DNA of 63,956 bases, filler included, from Octopus bimaculoides (GCF_001194135.2; 9 parts of 7 records of this genome joined end to end with filler, not necessarily neighbours in it); one strand, 5' to 3'; numbered from the whole stretch's first letter, positions 1 through 11,968 are shown. The notes: generated from the sequence alone by a model not told the origin. Numbers and translations: made by a program.

Positions 1-82
<82 letters not shown>

Positions 83-186
83 GTTATGTTTAAAATATAT
101 GTACATATTACACATATATATACATATATTCATACTTATATATACACACATATACATTCATTCGTACATATAAAGACACATATATT

Positions 187-242
<56 letters not shown>

Positions 243-325
243 AAACGGCAGCATTCGTCCTATTTTTTGGACTGCCATGTTGGCTTGGCGATAACTATTA
301 ATATATATATATATATATATATACA
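1..325. repeat. (TA)n/(CA)n compound microsatellites
   Basis: Direct reading. Similar TA, CA, TATG, CTAT, GA and AAT tracts recur throughout (e.g. 2695-2778, 6651-6710, 13527-13715, 19950-20010, 22680-23520, 26020-26160, 30945-31115, 53490-53650, 60400-60700). Confidence 0.98.
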
Positions 326-1035
326 TACACACAAGCACACCTCAACTTATATTGGTAATAGGTTCAAAGATAGGCAACTGAATTTAAACAAAACAGCAGC
401 ATAGCATGAAAGACAGTTTTTAAATCTTTATTAGCTTATATTTGTTTTAACGAATGGTTTGTGCATATTTTCACAAGTATTTTATTTGATTTAATTTGAT
501 TTCCCACTTTAGTGTTGGTTTTTAGGTGGGGTTTTTTTTTTTGCTTAATATCTAATTTTTTTAAAAATAACTTTGCTGTGAGCAGCGTAAAGTTAGATAA
601 ATCAATCAAAGTTAAGGTTTATTTCTTTAAAAGAAAAGCAACATAAAGTTGAAAAGAAAAAGTGTAGCCCAAAATGGCGTATGGTGAGGTATATCTGTGT
701 GCGTATGCATGTGTTTGAAAATATGTGTATGTGTGTATGTATATGTGTACATGTGCATATGTATGTATATATGTGTGTATGTATACGTGTACATGTGCAT
801 ATGTATGTATATATGTGTGTATGTATGTGTGTATATATGTATGTTTATGTGTATACATTCATTATAAATATGTGTGTGAATGAATACATCTGGTTCACAA
901 GACAGGAGGTTTGTGTTTATTAATTGTAAACATATTCCTACACATTACAATCAACAGCTTGTCAGAATACATTTATAAACTTAGCAGAAGTTATTAAACA
1001 AAATTTGTTTAATAATAATATCAATAATAATAATA

Positions 1036-1240
1036 ATCCTTTCTACTATAGACACAAGGTTTGAAATTTAGCATGAGGGGACCAGTCTATTACATTGACC
1101 CCCGTGTTTCACTGCTACTTATTTTATCAACCCCCCAAAACAATAAAGTCGACCTGAGCAGAATTTGAGCTTAGAACATAAAGACAGACAAAATGCTGGT
1201 GGGCATTTTGCCCAGCCTGCTAACAATTCTGCTAGTTTGC
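1036..1240 (-). mobile_element. SINE family A (tRNA-derived), CpG-decayed copy
   Basis: Minus strand gives A-box-like TAGCAGAATTG and B-box-like AGCTCAAATTC. Body and (TTA)n tail match the many other copies in the window. Confidence 0.85.
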
Positions 1241-1259
1241 CATCATAATAATAATGATG

Positions 1260-1295
<36 letters not shown>

Positions 1296-1304
1296 TCATC
1301 ATGA

Positions 1305-1630
1305 TGAAAGAAAGAGGAAAGGTTGATAAATATGGAGATCTGAGAATTGAGATCGCTAAGATGTGGCAGTTATGAGAGTCAAACATAAATGTTATTCCTA
1401 TTGTCATCGGAGCATTGGGTTCAATTTGAAAAAATAAATATGAAAATTTTAGAAATACCCTACAATCTAGGTGTATTGCAAAAGTCGGCATTACCTGGAA
1501 CTGCACACATATTGCGTAAAGTATTGTCTGTCTGAGGTCCTTGTTCTGACTTGACAGTACAAAAACCCCTGGTAGACACAATATCTTCAATCAACATCAT
1601 GATATTGTATACTGTGTGACGTCTACTATA
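1305..1630 (+). mobile_element. 5'-truncated R4/Dong-like non-LTR retrotransposon (RLE domain C-terminus and 3' UTR)
   Basis: Translates to KVDKYGDLRIEIAKMWQL*ESNINVIPIVIGALGSI...LQKSALPGTAHILRKVLSV*, a typical restriction-like endonuclease tail. Has stops and frameshifts; flanked by (AAT)n. Confidence 0.85.
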
Positions 1631-1640
1631 ATAGTAATAA

Positions 1641-2035
1641 TTTATTCTTTTATTAGCCACAAGGGCTCACATACAAAACATTAAATAACATGCAACAACA
1701 TAAAAGACAAAAACAGAATGATACAATGGGTTTTCGCATGTATAGAATGTAATAACAATAAAAATTGAACAAATTAAAACTCCCAATAGGGGAGGTACTT
1801 TAAGGTCCTCATGGAAAACCCCACAAAAAACACAGGTGCCTGAACAATGGATCAAAAGCCCTTCTCCTTTGATTCCCTTTTTACAGGTGCATGCTCAGAA
1901 TTGGTCCTTTCACTATGACCCTTCTTCCAGCATCCCCCCCCTCAACAAACCTGTTACAAGGCAACACATCCCTCTCTGCCCTCAACTTCCTTCTCAAGTG
2001 AAACTTGAAAAAGTTGATGTGGGCCTGGCCAAAGA
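1641..2035 (-). mobile_element. 5'-truncated L1/Tx1-like LINE (ORF2 C-terminus and 3' UTR), old copy
   Basis: GQAHINFFKFHLRRKLRAERDVL..RFVE..ILSMHL* is homologous to the 20010-20585 copy, and both end GCCCT..GTGGCTAATAAA. Confidence 0.7.
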
Positions 2036-2039
2036 GGAA

Positions 2040-2692
2040 ATTTGGTGAGAGGGGACTGGTTGATAACATTAACCCCAACGCTCAGTGCTCAGCTAGTAAT
2101 TATTTCATTGACTCCAAACAGGTGAAAAACAAAGTTTACCTCAGCAGAATTTGAACTCAGAACTTTAAATCCGATGAAATGGTGCCTAGCATTTTGTCCA
2201 ATATGCAAATGATTCTGCTGACTCACTAACTTAATAATGGTTTCAATTTTTTTAGCACAAGGCCAGCAATTTCAGGAAATTGGGTAAGTTGATTACATCA
2301 ACCCCCAGCATTTAACTGATACTTATTTTATCAACCCCGAAAAGATGAAGGGCAAAGTCAACCTTGGTGAGATTTAAACTCAGACCATAAAGAGAGACAA
2401 AATACTGCTTAACATTTTACCCAGTGTGCTAATGGTTCTGCCAGTTCATAACCAGAAGAATGATGATGATGATGATAATCCTTTCTACAAAAGGCACAAG
2501 GCCTGGAATTTGTGGGGAGAGGACTAGTCATTTACATCGACCCCAGCATTTCACTGGTAATTAATTTAACAACCCCAAAAGGATGAAAGGCAAGGTCGAC
2601 CTCAGCAGAATTTGAACTCAGAATGTAGTGACAAGCAAAATACTGCTAAGCATTTCATCCAGGCCACTAATGATTCTGCCAGCTCACCACCT
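2040..2692 (-). mobile_element. Three head-to-tail SINE A copies (2040-2232, 2240-2455, 2476-2692)
   Basis: Repeated GTCGACCTCAGCAGAATTTGAACTCAGAA core, separated by short AAT/GAT tracts. Confidence 0.85.
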
Positions 2693-2697
2693 TAATA

Positions 2698-2784
<87 letters not shown>

Positions 2785-3059
2785 TAAAAAAAATAAGGCA
2801 CACCCCAGAAAAAAATGACAAAGCAACTGTATGTATGAATGCAAATAAACAAAGTGAACAAAATAGTATGGTGTTAGAACTCAAAGCACTTCATTTTGAA
2901 GCTCTGATGAAGCATTCAATGAGTGCATTGTATCTTCTAGAAGAAACAGCTGTAAGCTAATGAAGTTGATTACATAATTTCTTATTGTCTTGACATCTAT
3001 TTAATTTCTTATATGTATATACGTGTGTGTGTGTGTGTGTGCGCGTGTATATTTGGTCA

Positions 3060-3300
3060 ATTAAACTAATGCCCCCCTACCCACGTCTTGACTGCTACTT
3101 GGTCTTATTGAGTTCAGAGGAATTAAAGGCTAAGTTTACCTTGTTAGAGTTTGAATTCAGAATGTAAAGAGCCAGTGGTATTGCAAGGTATTTTCCTGGG
3201 ATTTTTCAAACATTCTGCTTCAACAATAATTGCTTTTTTTTTACTAACATGGGTATAGGGTCTGAAATCGGTGTGAATGGGATCATTATTAAGGTTAGTC
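3060..3300 (-). mobile_element. Highly decayed SINE A remnant(s)
   Basis: AAAGGCTAAGTTTACCTTGTTAGAGTTTGAATTCAGAATGTAAAG matches the family A core. Confidence 0.55.
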
Positions 3301-3838
3301 AGTTATACATTCAAACTCCAGCAGGTGATTTGGGAGAAAAAGGAACAGGAAGAAAAGGTGTGGTGGTGGTGNNNNNNNNNNNNNNNNNNNNNNNNNNNNN
3401 NNNNNNNNNNNNNNNNNNNNNNNNNNNNNNNNNNNNNNNNNNNNNNNNNNNNNNNNNNNNNNNNNNNNNNNNNNNNNNNNNNNNNNNNNNNNNNNNNNNN
3501 NNNNNNNNNNNNNNNNNNNNNNNNNNNNNNNNGACAACATATGATGATATTTATTTTGATCGCTTATAAATATTTGTGAAATCTTACATAAAATAGAACA
3601 GATGCTCAAAAGAATAAAAACAATAAATAAACAAATAGATAAATAATATAACATTTTCTTTCTCTTCCTCTTATTTTTTTACTTTTTATGTTTTTTTTTT
3701 TTCTCCGTTTTTGTTTTACTAAACAAAATTATCCTGATTAATCAAATTTCAAAACTTATTCGAGCATGCATTAAGATGTGAATTTGTTATGATTATGACA
3801 TTTCTACTTAACAAAGGAAATATAATAACAACAACAAC

Positions 3839-3875
<37 letters not shown>

Positions 3876-3944
3876 GTGGTGGTAGTAGTAATAGTTGTAG
3901 TAGTAGTAATAGTAAGATCAAATAAAAACAACAACACAAAAACA

Positions 3945-4015
3945 GATCACAATACATACCCAAGGCATACAGAAATGTGCTTGGTAGTGCACTGAAAGCA
4001 CACAATAAAAATAAG
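3945..4015 (+). mobile_element. 3' UTR relic of the R4-like family seen at 47385-47790
   Basis: CATACCCAAGGCATACAG..GTAGTGCACTGAAAGCAC..ATAAAAATAA aligns with the reverse complement of 47400-47455; embedded in AAT/AAC tracts. Confidence 0.65.
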
Positions 4016-4594
4016 ACAATTGAATAATAATAATAATTATAACAACAACAACAATAATAATGATGATGATGATGATGATGATAAATGTTGTGGCAAGTGT
4101 ATAAAAGAGCACACAAATCCAACTAGAGCTTTGTTTTGTTTTTATCGTACTTATCACAAGTCAGTAGAGAAAAATATTTTGTAATGAAATTTGTGGAGAA
4201 AGATATCCAATGGAGCTTACAATACAAAGTTAAATCTGTCTTCGAATCATACATAAAGACATGTTTGACTCACTCACCATGCATGACTGGTTTATATATA
4301 TGATATGATATAATATAAATTAATGACATTAAACATTTTTTTAAAAGTAGATTTTCCTATCAATTACACTATGTACACGCAGAAATCACTGTTGCTACTT
4401 ATATCCACATTGCATGCGTTAATTCAACTCAATTATCATTGTTAATTCCAGTCTTGGAATGAGTGCCTGGAGAAAATCTAAGGAACATTGCTACATCATC
4501 TCTTCTTTGACGACCTACTCAGCCAGTTCCATACTTTAACCCTTCAGCATTCAAATTATTCTGTAAAATGTAATTTCTTATTTATTCTTTTATT

Positions 4595-4759
4595 CTTCCA
4601 CTTGTTCCGGTTGACCCTGGAACTTACTTTTTGTAAGCCTAGTACTCATTCTATCGGTCTCTTTCGCCAAATCGTTATGGGGACATAAACACACCAACAT
4701 CAGTTGTCAAGCAATGGTGGGGGAACAAAGACACACACACACACACACACATACATGTT

Positions 4760-4790
<31 letters not shown>
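4595..4790 (-). mobile_element. Composite SINE B/D, 3' half
   Basis: CTTTTTGTAAGCCTAGTACTCATTCTATCGGTCTC..AAACACACCAACATCAGTTGTCAAGC matches the family. Confidence 0.85.
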
Positions 4791-4791
<1 letters not shown>

Positions 4792-5379
4792 NNNNNNNNN
4801 NNNNNNNNNNNNNNNNNNNNNNNNNNNNNNNNNNNTTAATTAATTAANNNNNNNNNNNNNNNNNNNNNNNNNNNNNNNNNNNNNNNNNNNNGTAGTCTAG
4901 TCTGTCATACCGGCCATGATGAAATACCACAAGGTATAGAAAATACGTATTCGCCTTTATATATTTATATATTTAATCCTTTATATTGAACACTCAATAT
5001 TTCATATATTCAATAAGACATATTCCATATATTCAATAAGACATTCAATACTTCATTTCATTGTACCATCCATCTTTTTTTATATTATATATTATATATT
5101 CCATATTCTATATCCCACATAAATTTTACAAGAATATAAATAAAAAACATAAATAAAATAATATATTCCTCTATACACGATCATACAAAACCCTTTTTTT
5201 TGTATTTATTTTTACTCACATATATATATATGCACACACACATGGATATATACATGAACATACATTAATACATACACACATATTTATATATGCATATACA
5301 TCATATAAAAACATGCATCAGATAGATTTACATAACTGCATAAAAAAACATTTACATAGATATTTATACATACATTCCA

Positions 5380-6190
5380 CAGATTCCATCATACTCCAGG
5401 GGGAGAAACTAGAAGTAGTTGATAGCTTCCACTACCTAGGTGACCAAGTGAGTAGTGGGTGTGTGGATGCTCTGAGAGTGTTACCACTAGAATAAGAATA
5501 GCCTGGGTAAAGTTTAGAAAGCTTCTACCCCTACTGGTGACAAAGGGCCTATCATACAGAGTGAAAGAGCCTCTCACTAGATTGTACGATGCATGTGTGC
5601 GAACTGCCATGCTTCACGGCAGTGAAACATGGGCCGTGACTGCGGAGGACATGCGTAGGTTCGAAAGAAATGAAGCTAACATGATCTGCTGGATGTGTAA
5701 TGGCAGTGTGCACACACAACAGAATGTAAGTGCCCTGAGAGAAATGTTGGCCATAAGGAGCATCGGATGTGGTGTGCAAGAGAGATGTTTGCGCTGGTTT
5801 GGTCATGTACTACGGATGAATGAGGAGAGATGTGTGACGAAGTGCCACTCCCAAATAGTTGAGAGAATCTGGGGAAGAGGTAGACCCAGGAAGTCATGGG
5901 ATGAAGTAGTGAAGCATGACCTTCGAACGTTGGGCCTCACGGAGGCAATGACAAAAGACCAAGACCTGTGACTGAGAAGACCCGGCAAATAAAGTGAGTT
6001 CACAGCTGTATCCTACACCAGTGTCGCATAACCAGCCCCAGCCCATGTAAAAAGCACCCACTACGTTCACAAAGGGCATCCAGCTCTAGAAACATTGCCA
6101 GATCAGGTTGGAGCCTGGTGCAGCCTCTTGACTTCCCAGACCCTGGTCAAACCATCCAACCCATGCTAGCATGGAAAACGGATGATGATG
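5380..6190 (+). mobile_element. 5'-truncated RTE-clade LINE (end of RT, C-terminal domain, 3' UTR ending in (GAT)n)
   Basis: EKLEVVDSFHYLGDQ (RT FxYLG motif), then ORF 5459-5971 with AMLHGSETW, LRWFGHVLRM and GRPRKSW, diagnostic of RTE ORF2. 5' end abuts a (TA/CA)-rich tract. Confidence 0.92.
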
Positions 6191-6391
6191 AAAATATTTA
6201 GGGAGATCTTCATTTTTGTATCATTCATATTGTAGATACAACTCTGATATCAGTCATAATTATTAATCATTTATCAAATTTTCTCATTTGTGCTTCATGT
6301 TTAACTTTAAACAATAACATTTCTAAATCCATTATCATTTCAAGAGCCATGCATATTTGACAGTCTGTATGTCTTTATGTATATGCATACA

Positions 6392-6611
6392 TATGAGAGG
6401 GTGCCAAAAAGTTCCTGGCTGTGAGTAAAAAAGGTAGAGGAGGATTAGTTAATTAGGATTTTATTCAATGTGTTCCCCTCTCAGATTCACTCACTTATTG
6501 CAGCAGTTCTTCAGTTTTTCTAAACCCTGTAAAATAAAATGGAATTAGGGGGCCTCCAACCAGGCCTTTTGCAATACCTTTAAACCAGGAATTTTTCAGC
6601 ATCCCTTTGTA
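6392..6611 (-). mobile_element. Mariner-derived non-autonomous element (~216 bp)
   Basis: Imperfect TIRs TA-TGAGAGGGTGCCAAAAAGTTCCTGG and CCAGGAATTTTTCAGCATCCCTTTG-TA. Internal minus-strand LQGLEKLKNCCNK*VNLRGEHIE* resembles the mariner transposase C-terminus. Confidence 0.75.
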
Positions 6612-6651
6612 TGTATGTATGTATGTACCTATAGAAATGTACTTGAGTGCA

Positions 6652-6710
<59 letters not shown>

Positions 6711-7066
6711 NNNNNNNNNNNNNNNNNNNNNNNNNNNNNNNNNNNNNNNNNNNNNNNNNNNNNNNNNNNNNNNNNNNNNNNNNNNNNNNNNNNNNNNNNN
6801 NNNNNNNNNNNNNNNNNNNNNNNNNNNNNNNNNNNNNNNNNNNNNNNNNNNNNNNNNNNNNNNNNNNNNNNNNNNNNNNNNNNNNNNNNNNNNNNNNNNN
6901 NNNNNNNNNNNNNNNNNNNNNNNNNNNNNNNNNNNNNNNNNNNNNNNNNNNNNNNNNNNNNNNNNNNNNNNNNNNNNNNNNNNNNNNNNNNNNNNNNNNN
7001 NNNNNNNNNNNNNNNNNNNNNNNNNNNNNNNNNNNNNNNNNNNNNNNNNNNNNNNNNNNNNNNNNN

Positions 7067-7147
<81 letters not shown>

Positions 7148-7381
7148 AAACAAATAATAAATGAGTATATGAATATATACGTAACACATATGTCTATGTG
7201 TAAAATTATGTATCTATGATGAGAGAAAGAATATATGACAAAACAAGTTTGTTGCTATGTGTGTTTATAACACTGCACATAGATATTTTAAGTACAAAGC
7301 GAAATAGATGCAGTATTGATTTTAGTAGCAATATTACAAATGTGTCACCAGAACTTCAGAGTACTTTCACATCCAAGACAC

Positions 7382-7472
7382 CTAGCTATGTCTCAGTAGG
7401 TCACAGTCACTATTCTGGTTCTCGTTAGTTTCATTGTCAGTTAATTTGAAGTTCTGAAGACAGAATGGACAT
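7382..7472 (-). CDS. Candidate terminal coding exon (phase 2): CPFCLQNFKLTDNETNENQNSDCDLLRHS*
   Basis: TACTGAC branch-like site at 7497-7491, TTTTTGAACAG acceptor, open frame with a CxxC motif to TAG, followed by non-repetitive sequence. No homology check was possible. Confidence 0.4.
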
Positions 7473-8323
7473 CTGTTCAAAAATATTTCAGTCAGTATTA
7501 TTCCTGCCTTTTATTCATATGTTGTAAAGGTAGCTGGGTGAAAGAGGCACCGAGTAAACACATGGAGAAACAATGAAGAATTTTTTTTTTTCATTACACT
7601 ACATCTCAATTTGGTTTCAGGAGACCAAATTGAAATGCAGCATTTCTAATACCTAACTTGGTCTTTGAAACCGTACATCTCAATCTCTTAACTGTTTGTA
7701 ATAGAATATAAGGAAAACTTGACTGTAAAATCTATTTATCCATGTTTATACATACATATNNNNNNNNNNNNNNNNNNNNNNNNNNNNNNNNNNNNNNNNN
7801 NNNNNNNNNNNNNNNNNNNNNNNNNNNNNNNNNNNNNNNNNNNNNNNNNNNNNNNNNNNNNNNNNNNNNNNNNNNNNNNNNNNNNNNNNNNNNNNNNNNN
7901 NNNNNNNNNNNNNNNNNNNNNNNNNNNNNNNNNNNNNNNNNNNNNNNNNNNNNNNNNNNNNNNNNNNNNNNNNNNNNNNNNNNNNNNNNNNNNNNNNNNN
8001 NNNNNNNNNNNNNNNNNNNNNNNNNNNNNNNNNNNNNNNNNNNNNNNNNNNNNNNNNNNNNNNNNNNNNNNNNNNNNNNNNNNNNNNNNNNNNNNNNNNN
8101 NNNNNNNNNNNNNNNNNNNNNNNNNNNNNNNNNNNNNNNNNNNNNNNNNNNNNNNNNNNNNNNNNNNNNNNNNNNNNNNNNNNNNNNNNNNNNNNNNNNN
8201 NNNNNNNNNNNNNNNNNNNNNNNNNNNNNNNNNNNNNNNNNNNNNNNNNNNNNNNNNNNNNNNNNNNNNNNNNNNNNNNNNNNNNNNNNNNNNNNNNNNN
8301 NNNNNNNNNNNNNNNNNNNNNNN

Positions 8324-8445
8324 ATCCAGCTGTAGAAACATTGCCAGATCAGACTGGAGCCTGGTGCAGCCACTGGCTCTCCAGATCTCAGTCAAACTGT
8401 CCAACCCATGCCAGCATGGAAAAACGGACGTTAAACGATGATGAG
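8324..8445 (+). mobile_element. RTE-type 3' tail copy (family E)
   Basis: ATCCAGCTGTAGAAACATTGCCAGATCAG..CCAACCCATGCCAGCATGGAAAACGG matches 6077-6190. Confidence 0.85.
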
Positions 8446-8536
8446 GAAGAGGACTACTATAATTCTCCCTTCAGCTAATTTGTTGTGATGTTTTTTGTGG
8501 AAATACAAATACCCTGGTTGTGTGGTTAACAATTTC

Positions 8537-8665
8537 TACAGGATGTCCACAAAGTCTGGGTACATGGGGATTGACACATACTTTAAGAAATTATTATTTC
8601 TTAAATTTAATTGTTTGTTATGATTTTATTTACTCCATGTACCCAGACATTGTGGACACCCTGTA
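8537..8665. mobile_element. Tc1/mariner-type MITE (~125 bp)
   Basis: TA-CAGGATGTCCACAAAGTCTGGGTACATGG .. CCATGTACCCAGACATTGTGGACACCCTG-TA: 29-bp TIR with 2 mismatches and TA flanks. Confidence 0.9.
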
Positions 8666-8989
8666 TTTGCAGCCACATGGCTTTAGGTTCAGTCTCACTG
8701 AGTGGCATCTTAGGCAAGTGTCTCCTACATTAACCATGGACTGATTAATGACTTTTAAGTGAATCTAATGAATGGATATCTCTGGAAAGCAATCATATAT
8801 ACATATGTATGCATGTGTATGCACATGTGTGTGTATGTGTGTATCTAACAAAGTATATGAGTGTATATGTATATATATATATGAATGTATATGAGAGTGT
8901 ATGTGTGTGCGTGCATGTATGCATGTGTATGTGTGTGTGTATGCATGTAGTTATGTATATGAGTGTGTATGTATATATATATGCTTTTA

Positions 8990-9189
8990 CTCTTTTTGTT
9001 TCAGTCATTTGACTGTGGCCATGCTGAAGCACTGCCTTTAGTCAAACAAATCGACCCTATGACTCATTCTTTGTAAGCCTAGTACTTATTCTATTGGTCT
9101 CTTTTGCTGAACCGCTAAGTTAAGGGGAACATAAACAAACTAGCGTCGGTTGTCAAGTGATGGTGGTGGGGTCAAACACAGACATACAA

Positions 9190-9223
<34 letters not shown>

Positions 9224-9390
9224 GATAGGCGTCTTTTCAGTTTCCATCTACCAAATCCACTCACAAGGCTTTGGTTGGCCTAAGGCTGTAGTAAAAGACA
9301 CTTGCCCAAGGTGCCATGCAGTAGGACTTAACTCGGAACCATATGGTTGGGAAGCAAGCTACTTACCACACAGTCACTCCTGCACCTATG
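8990..9390 (-). mobile_element. Full-length composite SINE B/D
   Basis: Complete tail, internal (CA)n and tRNA-like head; homologous to 15770-16175. Confidence 0.9.
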
Positions 9391-9688
9391 TATGTTTGTC
9401 ATTATGTTTGTCCCCAACACCACCTACACCACTTGACAACTGGCATTGGTCTGTTTACAACCTTGTAACTTAGCAGTTTGGTAAAAAGTGACTGTTAGAA
9501 TTTAGCACCGGACTTAAAATAATAAGTACTGAGCTTGATTTGTCTGACTAAACCCTTTAAGGTGATTCCCCAGAATGGCTGCAGTCCAATGACTAGAACA
9601 TGTAAAAGAAGACAAATGAAGATTATTGTACAAGTGTTTAAAACATAAATGAACACGGAATTTCAATGAAAACTTTTAATTTAGAATT

Positions 9689-9964
9689 CAGTGGTTCCCA
9701 AAGTGGGCGGTATTGCTCCCCAGAGGGGTAGTGTAAAATTTCAAGGGGGCGTTGAAGAAAAGTGGGCCGATAATGGGGTAGCGATTCATGTAAAAACAAC
9801 AAAATAATGGGTTCGTTAGGTTAAGCCTTTTTTGTGAAATACAGTTGCTTTGAATTTGCTTCAGAAAGAGGTTTATGTTTATGATGGTTAGTTGGGGTGA
9901 GGACACTGGGAATGTGGTCTGGGTGTCAAGGGGGCAACAGCCTGAAAAAGTTTGGGAACCACTG
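9689..9964. mobile_element. hAT (Charlie-like) MITE, 276 bp
   Basis: Perfect 14-bp TIR CAGTGGTTCCCAAA / TTTGGGAACCACTG. Flanks ATTTAGAA(TT) and ATTTAGAT approximate an 8-bp TSD. Confidence 0.85.
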
Positions 9965-10087
9965 ATTTAGATCACTTTAAAACTGGAAGTTTATATCGTA
10001 AGACCAAGAGCAGTCTTGGGTGGGTTGATATGAAAAAGTTTAAAACAATAGCAGGAAGTGATTTGGTGGCTGTTCTTAAGAGTTCAA

Positions 10088-10385
10088 GTAGCAAGCTGGC
10101 AGAATCATTAGCACACCGGGTGAAATGCTGCTAAGCATTTAATCTGTCTTTATGTTCTGAGTTCAAATTCCACTGAGGTCCACTTTGCCTTTTATCCTTT
10201 TGGTGGGTCTATGAAATAAGTTCCAGTTGAACACTGGGACCAATGTAATCAACTGTAGTAGAAGACACTTGCCCAAGGTGCCATGCAGTAGGACTGAACT
10301 CGGAACCATGTGGTTGGGAAGCAAGCTACTTACCACACAGCTACTTCTGAAATTGCTGGCCTTGTGCTAAAATTTTAAACCATTA
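10088..10385 (+). mobile_element. SINE A interrupted by an antisense SINE B head fragment (10256-10345)
   Basis: A head and body at 10088-10255, B fragment TGTAGTAGAAGACACTTGCCCAAGG..CTTACCACACAGC, A tail resumes at 10346. Confidence 0.8.
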
Positions 10386-10415
10386 TTGATAGTGCAAGTA
10401 ACCACAGAGAGACAC

Positions 10416-10490
10416 TTGCTTGACATGTTGACTACCACATGTGTCACCAGTGGTTCATTGCAAACTTCACACAACTGCCACGTTGCACCT
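10416..10490 (-). CDS. Candidate internal exon GATWQLCEVCNEPL.. (CxxC motif); 3' boundary uncertain
   Basis: TAG acceptor at 10493-10491 and an open frame containing CEVC. Several weak donors; the phase-2 donor at 10415 would fit the 7472 exon. Confidence 0.25.
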
Positions 10491-10589
10491 CTAGTGGTAC
10501 ATTTTCAGAAGTTGAAAACGTATTCTATTCTGTATCTTTGACATGGTTTTGAGAATATTTAAATAACACGAGTGCTAAAATAAATGGTA

Positions 10590-10735
10590 AAGACCTCCTT
10601 TGGTCATGACTGTCCATGGGATTGCACCTAGAAAGTTACCCTCCAAGGCACAAGTCCGGGCAAGGTTTTTTATGAAAGACCAGCAGTCGTCCATGCATAC
10701 CAGCCTCTCCCTCTCCTTGCCATTGATGTAAACAG
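10590..10735 (-). mobile_element. 3' tail of SINE C / partner LINE
   Basis: Reverse complement GGCTGGTATGCATGGACGACTGCTGGTCTTTCATAAAAAACCTTG matches the tail of the SINE at 14655-14700. Confidence 0.6.
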
Positions 10736-11196
10736 ATCCTGTTTTTGAAGTTGGTTAATTTACATACAGTATCTTAAAAATAGTTTTGTTCTATACTTTT
10801 TGAAGAGGACTGAGAGATTAAACATACTCTACTTCAGAAATGTATTAATTTGAATCTGTATCTGTTTAAATAAAATCATGTTCTTTACATTTTTTTGTTT
10901 AATTTTCATCCTATAAACATTATAATCTATAAATAGTACAATATGATATATTTTAAGAATTTTAAGTGGATTGATAAATATCAAACAGACCCTGCCTTAA
11001 AATTCTATTGATTTTATTTAACAGATACAGATTATTTTCATTATTTTTCATCATAAACATTATACTGTAATCATGATAAAATATGACTTATTTCAAGAAT
11101 TTTAAGAAATATCAATCAGACCCAGCTTTGGTATTAATTTGAATCTGTTACAATTTAGTTCTTTATTTTCATGGTTCGTTTTATATTTCATGTATA

Positions 11197-11583
11197 TACA
11201 GCAGGAGCTCGCAGTACGAGTGCACCATAGTATGAGTAATTTGCTGTACGAGCCGAGACTTGTGTGAATTTTTGTCTTGAAGTACGAGTGAAAACTACAG
11301 CATGAGCATGCAAATCGTCCCATTGTTAAGGTAATTCAGTTACTAAAACCAGTTTACATATTTCTTTAGCATTCTTTTTTATAATTGTCATTTTACTTGT
11401 AACTACACATTTTCCATTTTAAAACCCTTAAAAAGATATTTTTGAGTGATTTTTGTGGGGCTGGAATGGATTAATTATATTTTAGTTAATTTCAATGGGG
11501 AAAATTGATTTGTAAAATGAGTAATTTGTTAGACAAGCTCAGTCATAGAACAAATTAAACTTGTATTGTGAGGCATCACTGTA
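11197..11583. mobile_element. pogo/Tigger-type MITE (~383 bp)
   Basis: TA-CAGCAGGAGCTCGCAGTACGAG .. CTTGTATTGTGAGGCATCACTG-TA: decayed TIR with TA flanks and a Tigger-like subterminal region. Confidence 0.7.
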
Positions 11584-11714
11584 TTTAGATTGTCACCAGA
11601 AAACCAGGAAGTTCAGAAACCTAAGGAACTTCTGGTCCTAAGCTTGGCAAATACTTGGTCTAGTACTGTGTAAATAATCTTCTCTAGTATATGGTTCCTA
11701 TTTTAAAAACTGTT

Positions 11715-11890
11715 TCATCATCCATTGTCCCTGCTGGCATGGGTTGGACGGTTTGACTGGGCTGGCACACTGGAAGGCTGCACCAGATTCTAGTCTGATC
11801 TGGCATGGCTTCTATGGCTGGATGCCCTTCCTAATGCCAACCGTTCCAAGAGTGTAATGGGTGCTTTTACATGCCACTGGCATGGGTGCC
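11715..11890 (-). mobile_element. RTE-type 3' tail copy (family E)
   Basis: Reverse complement of the 6050-6190 tail (GCATGGGTTGGACGGTTTGAC..GGATGCCCTT..GGTGCTTTTACATG). Confidence 0.8.
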
Positions 11891-11968
11891 ATTTACATGA
11901 CTGCCATTTTGCTCAGCTTGATGGATCTTCTTCTCAAGCACGTCATAATGCCAAAGGTCTTGGTCATT

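Noticed and set aside
7448-7492. CTGAAGA CAGA..TCTGTTC AAAA hammerhead-like string (also 27735-27775 and 29680-29705)
   Set aside because: Each has two or more core or stem I defects, and the 7.4-kb one is better explained by the antisense exon candidate.
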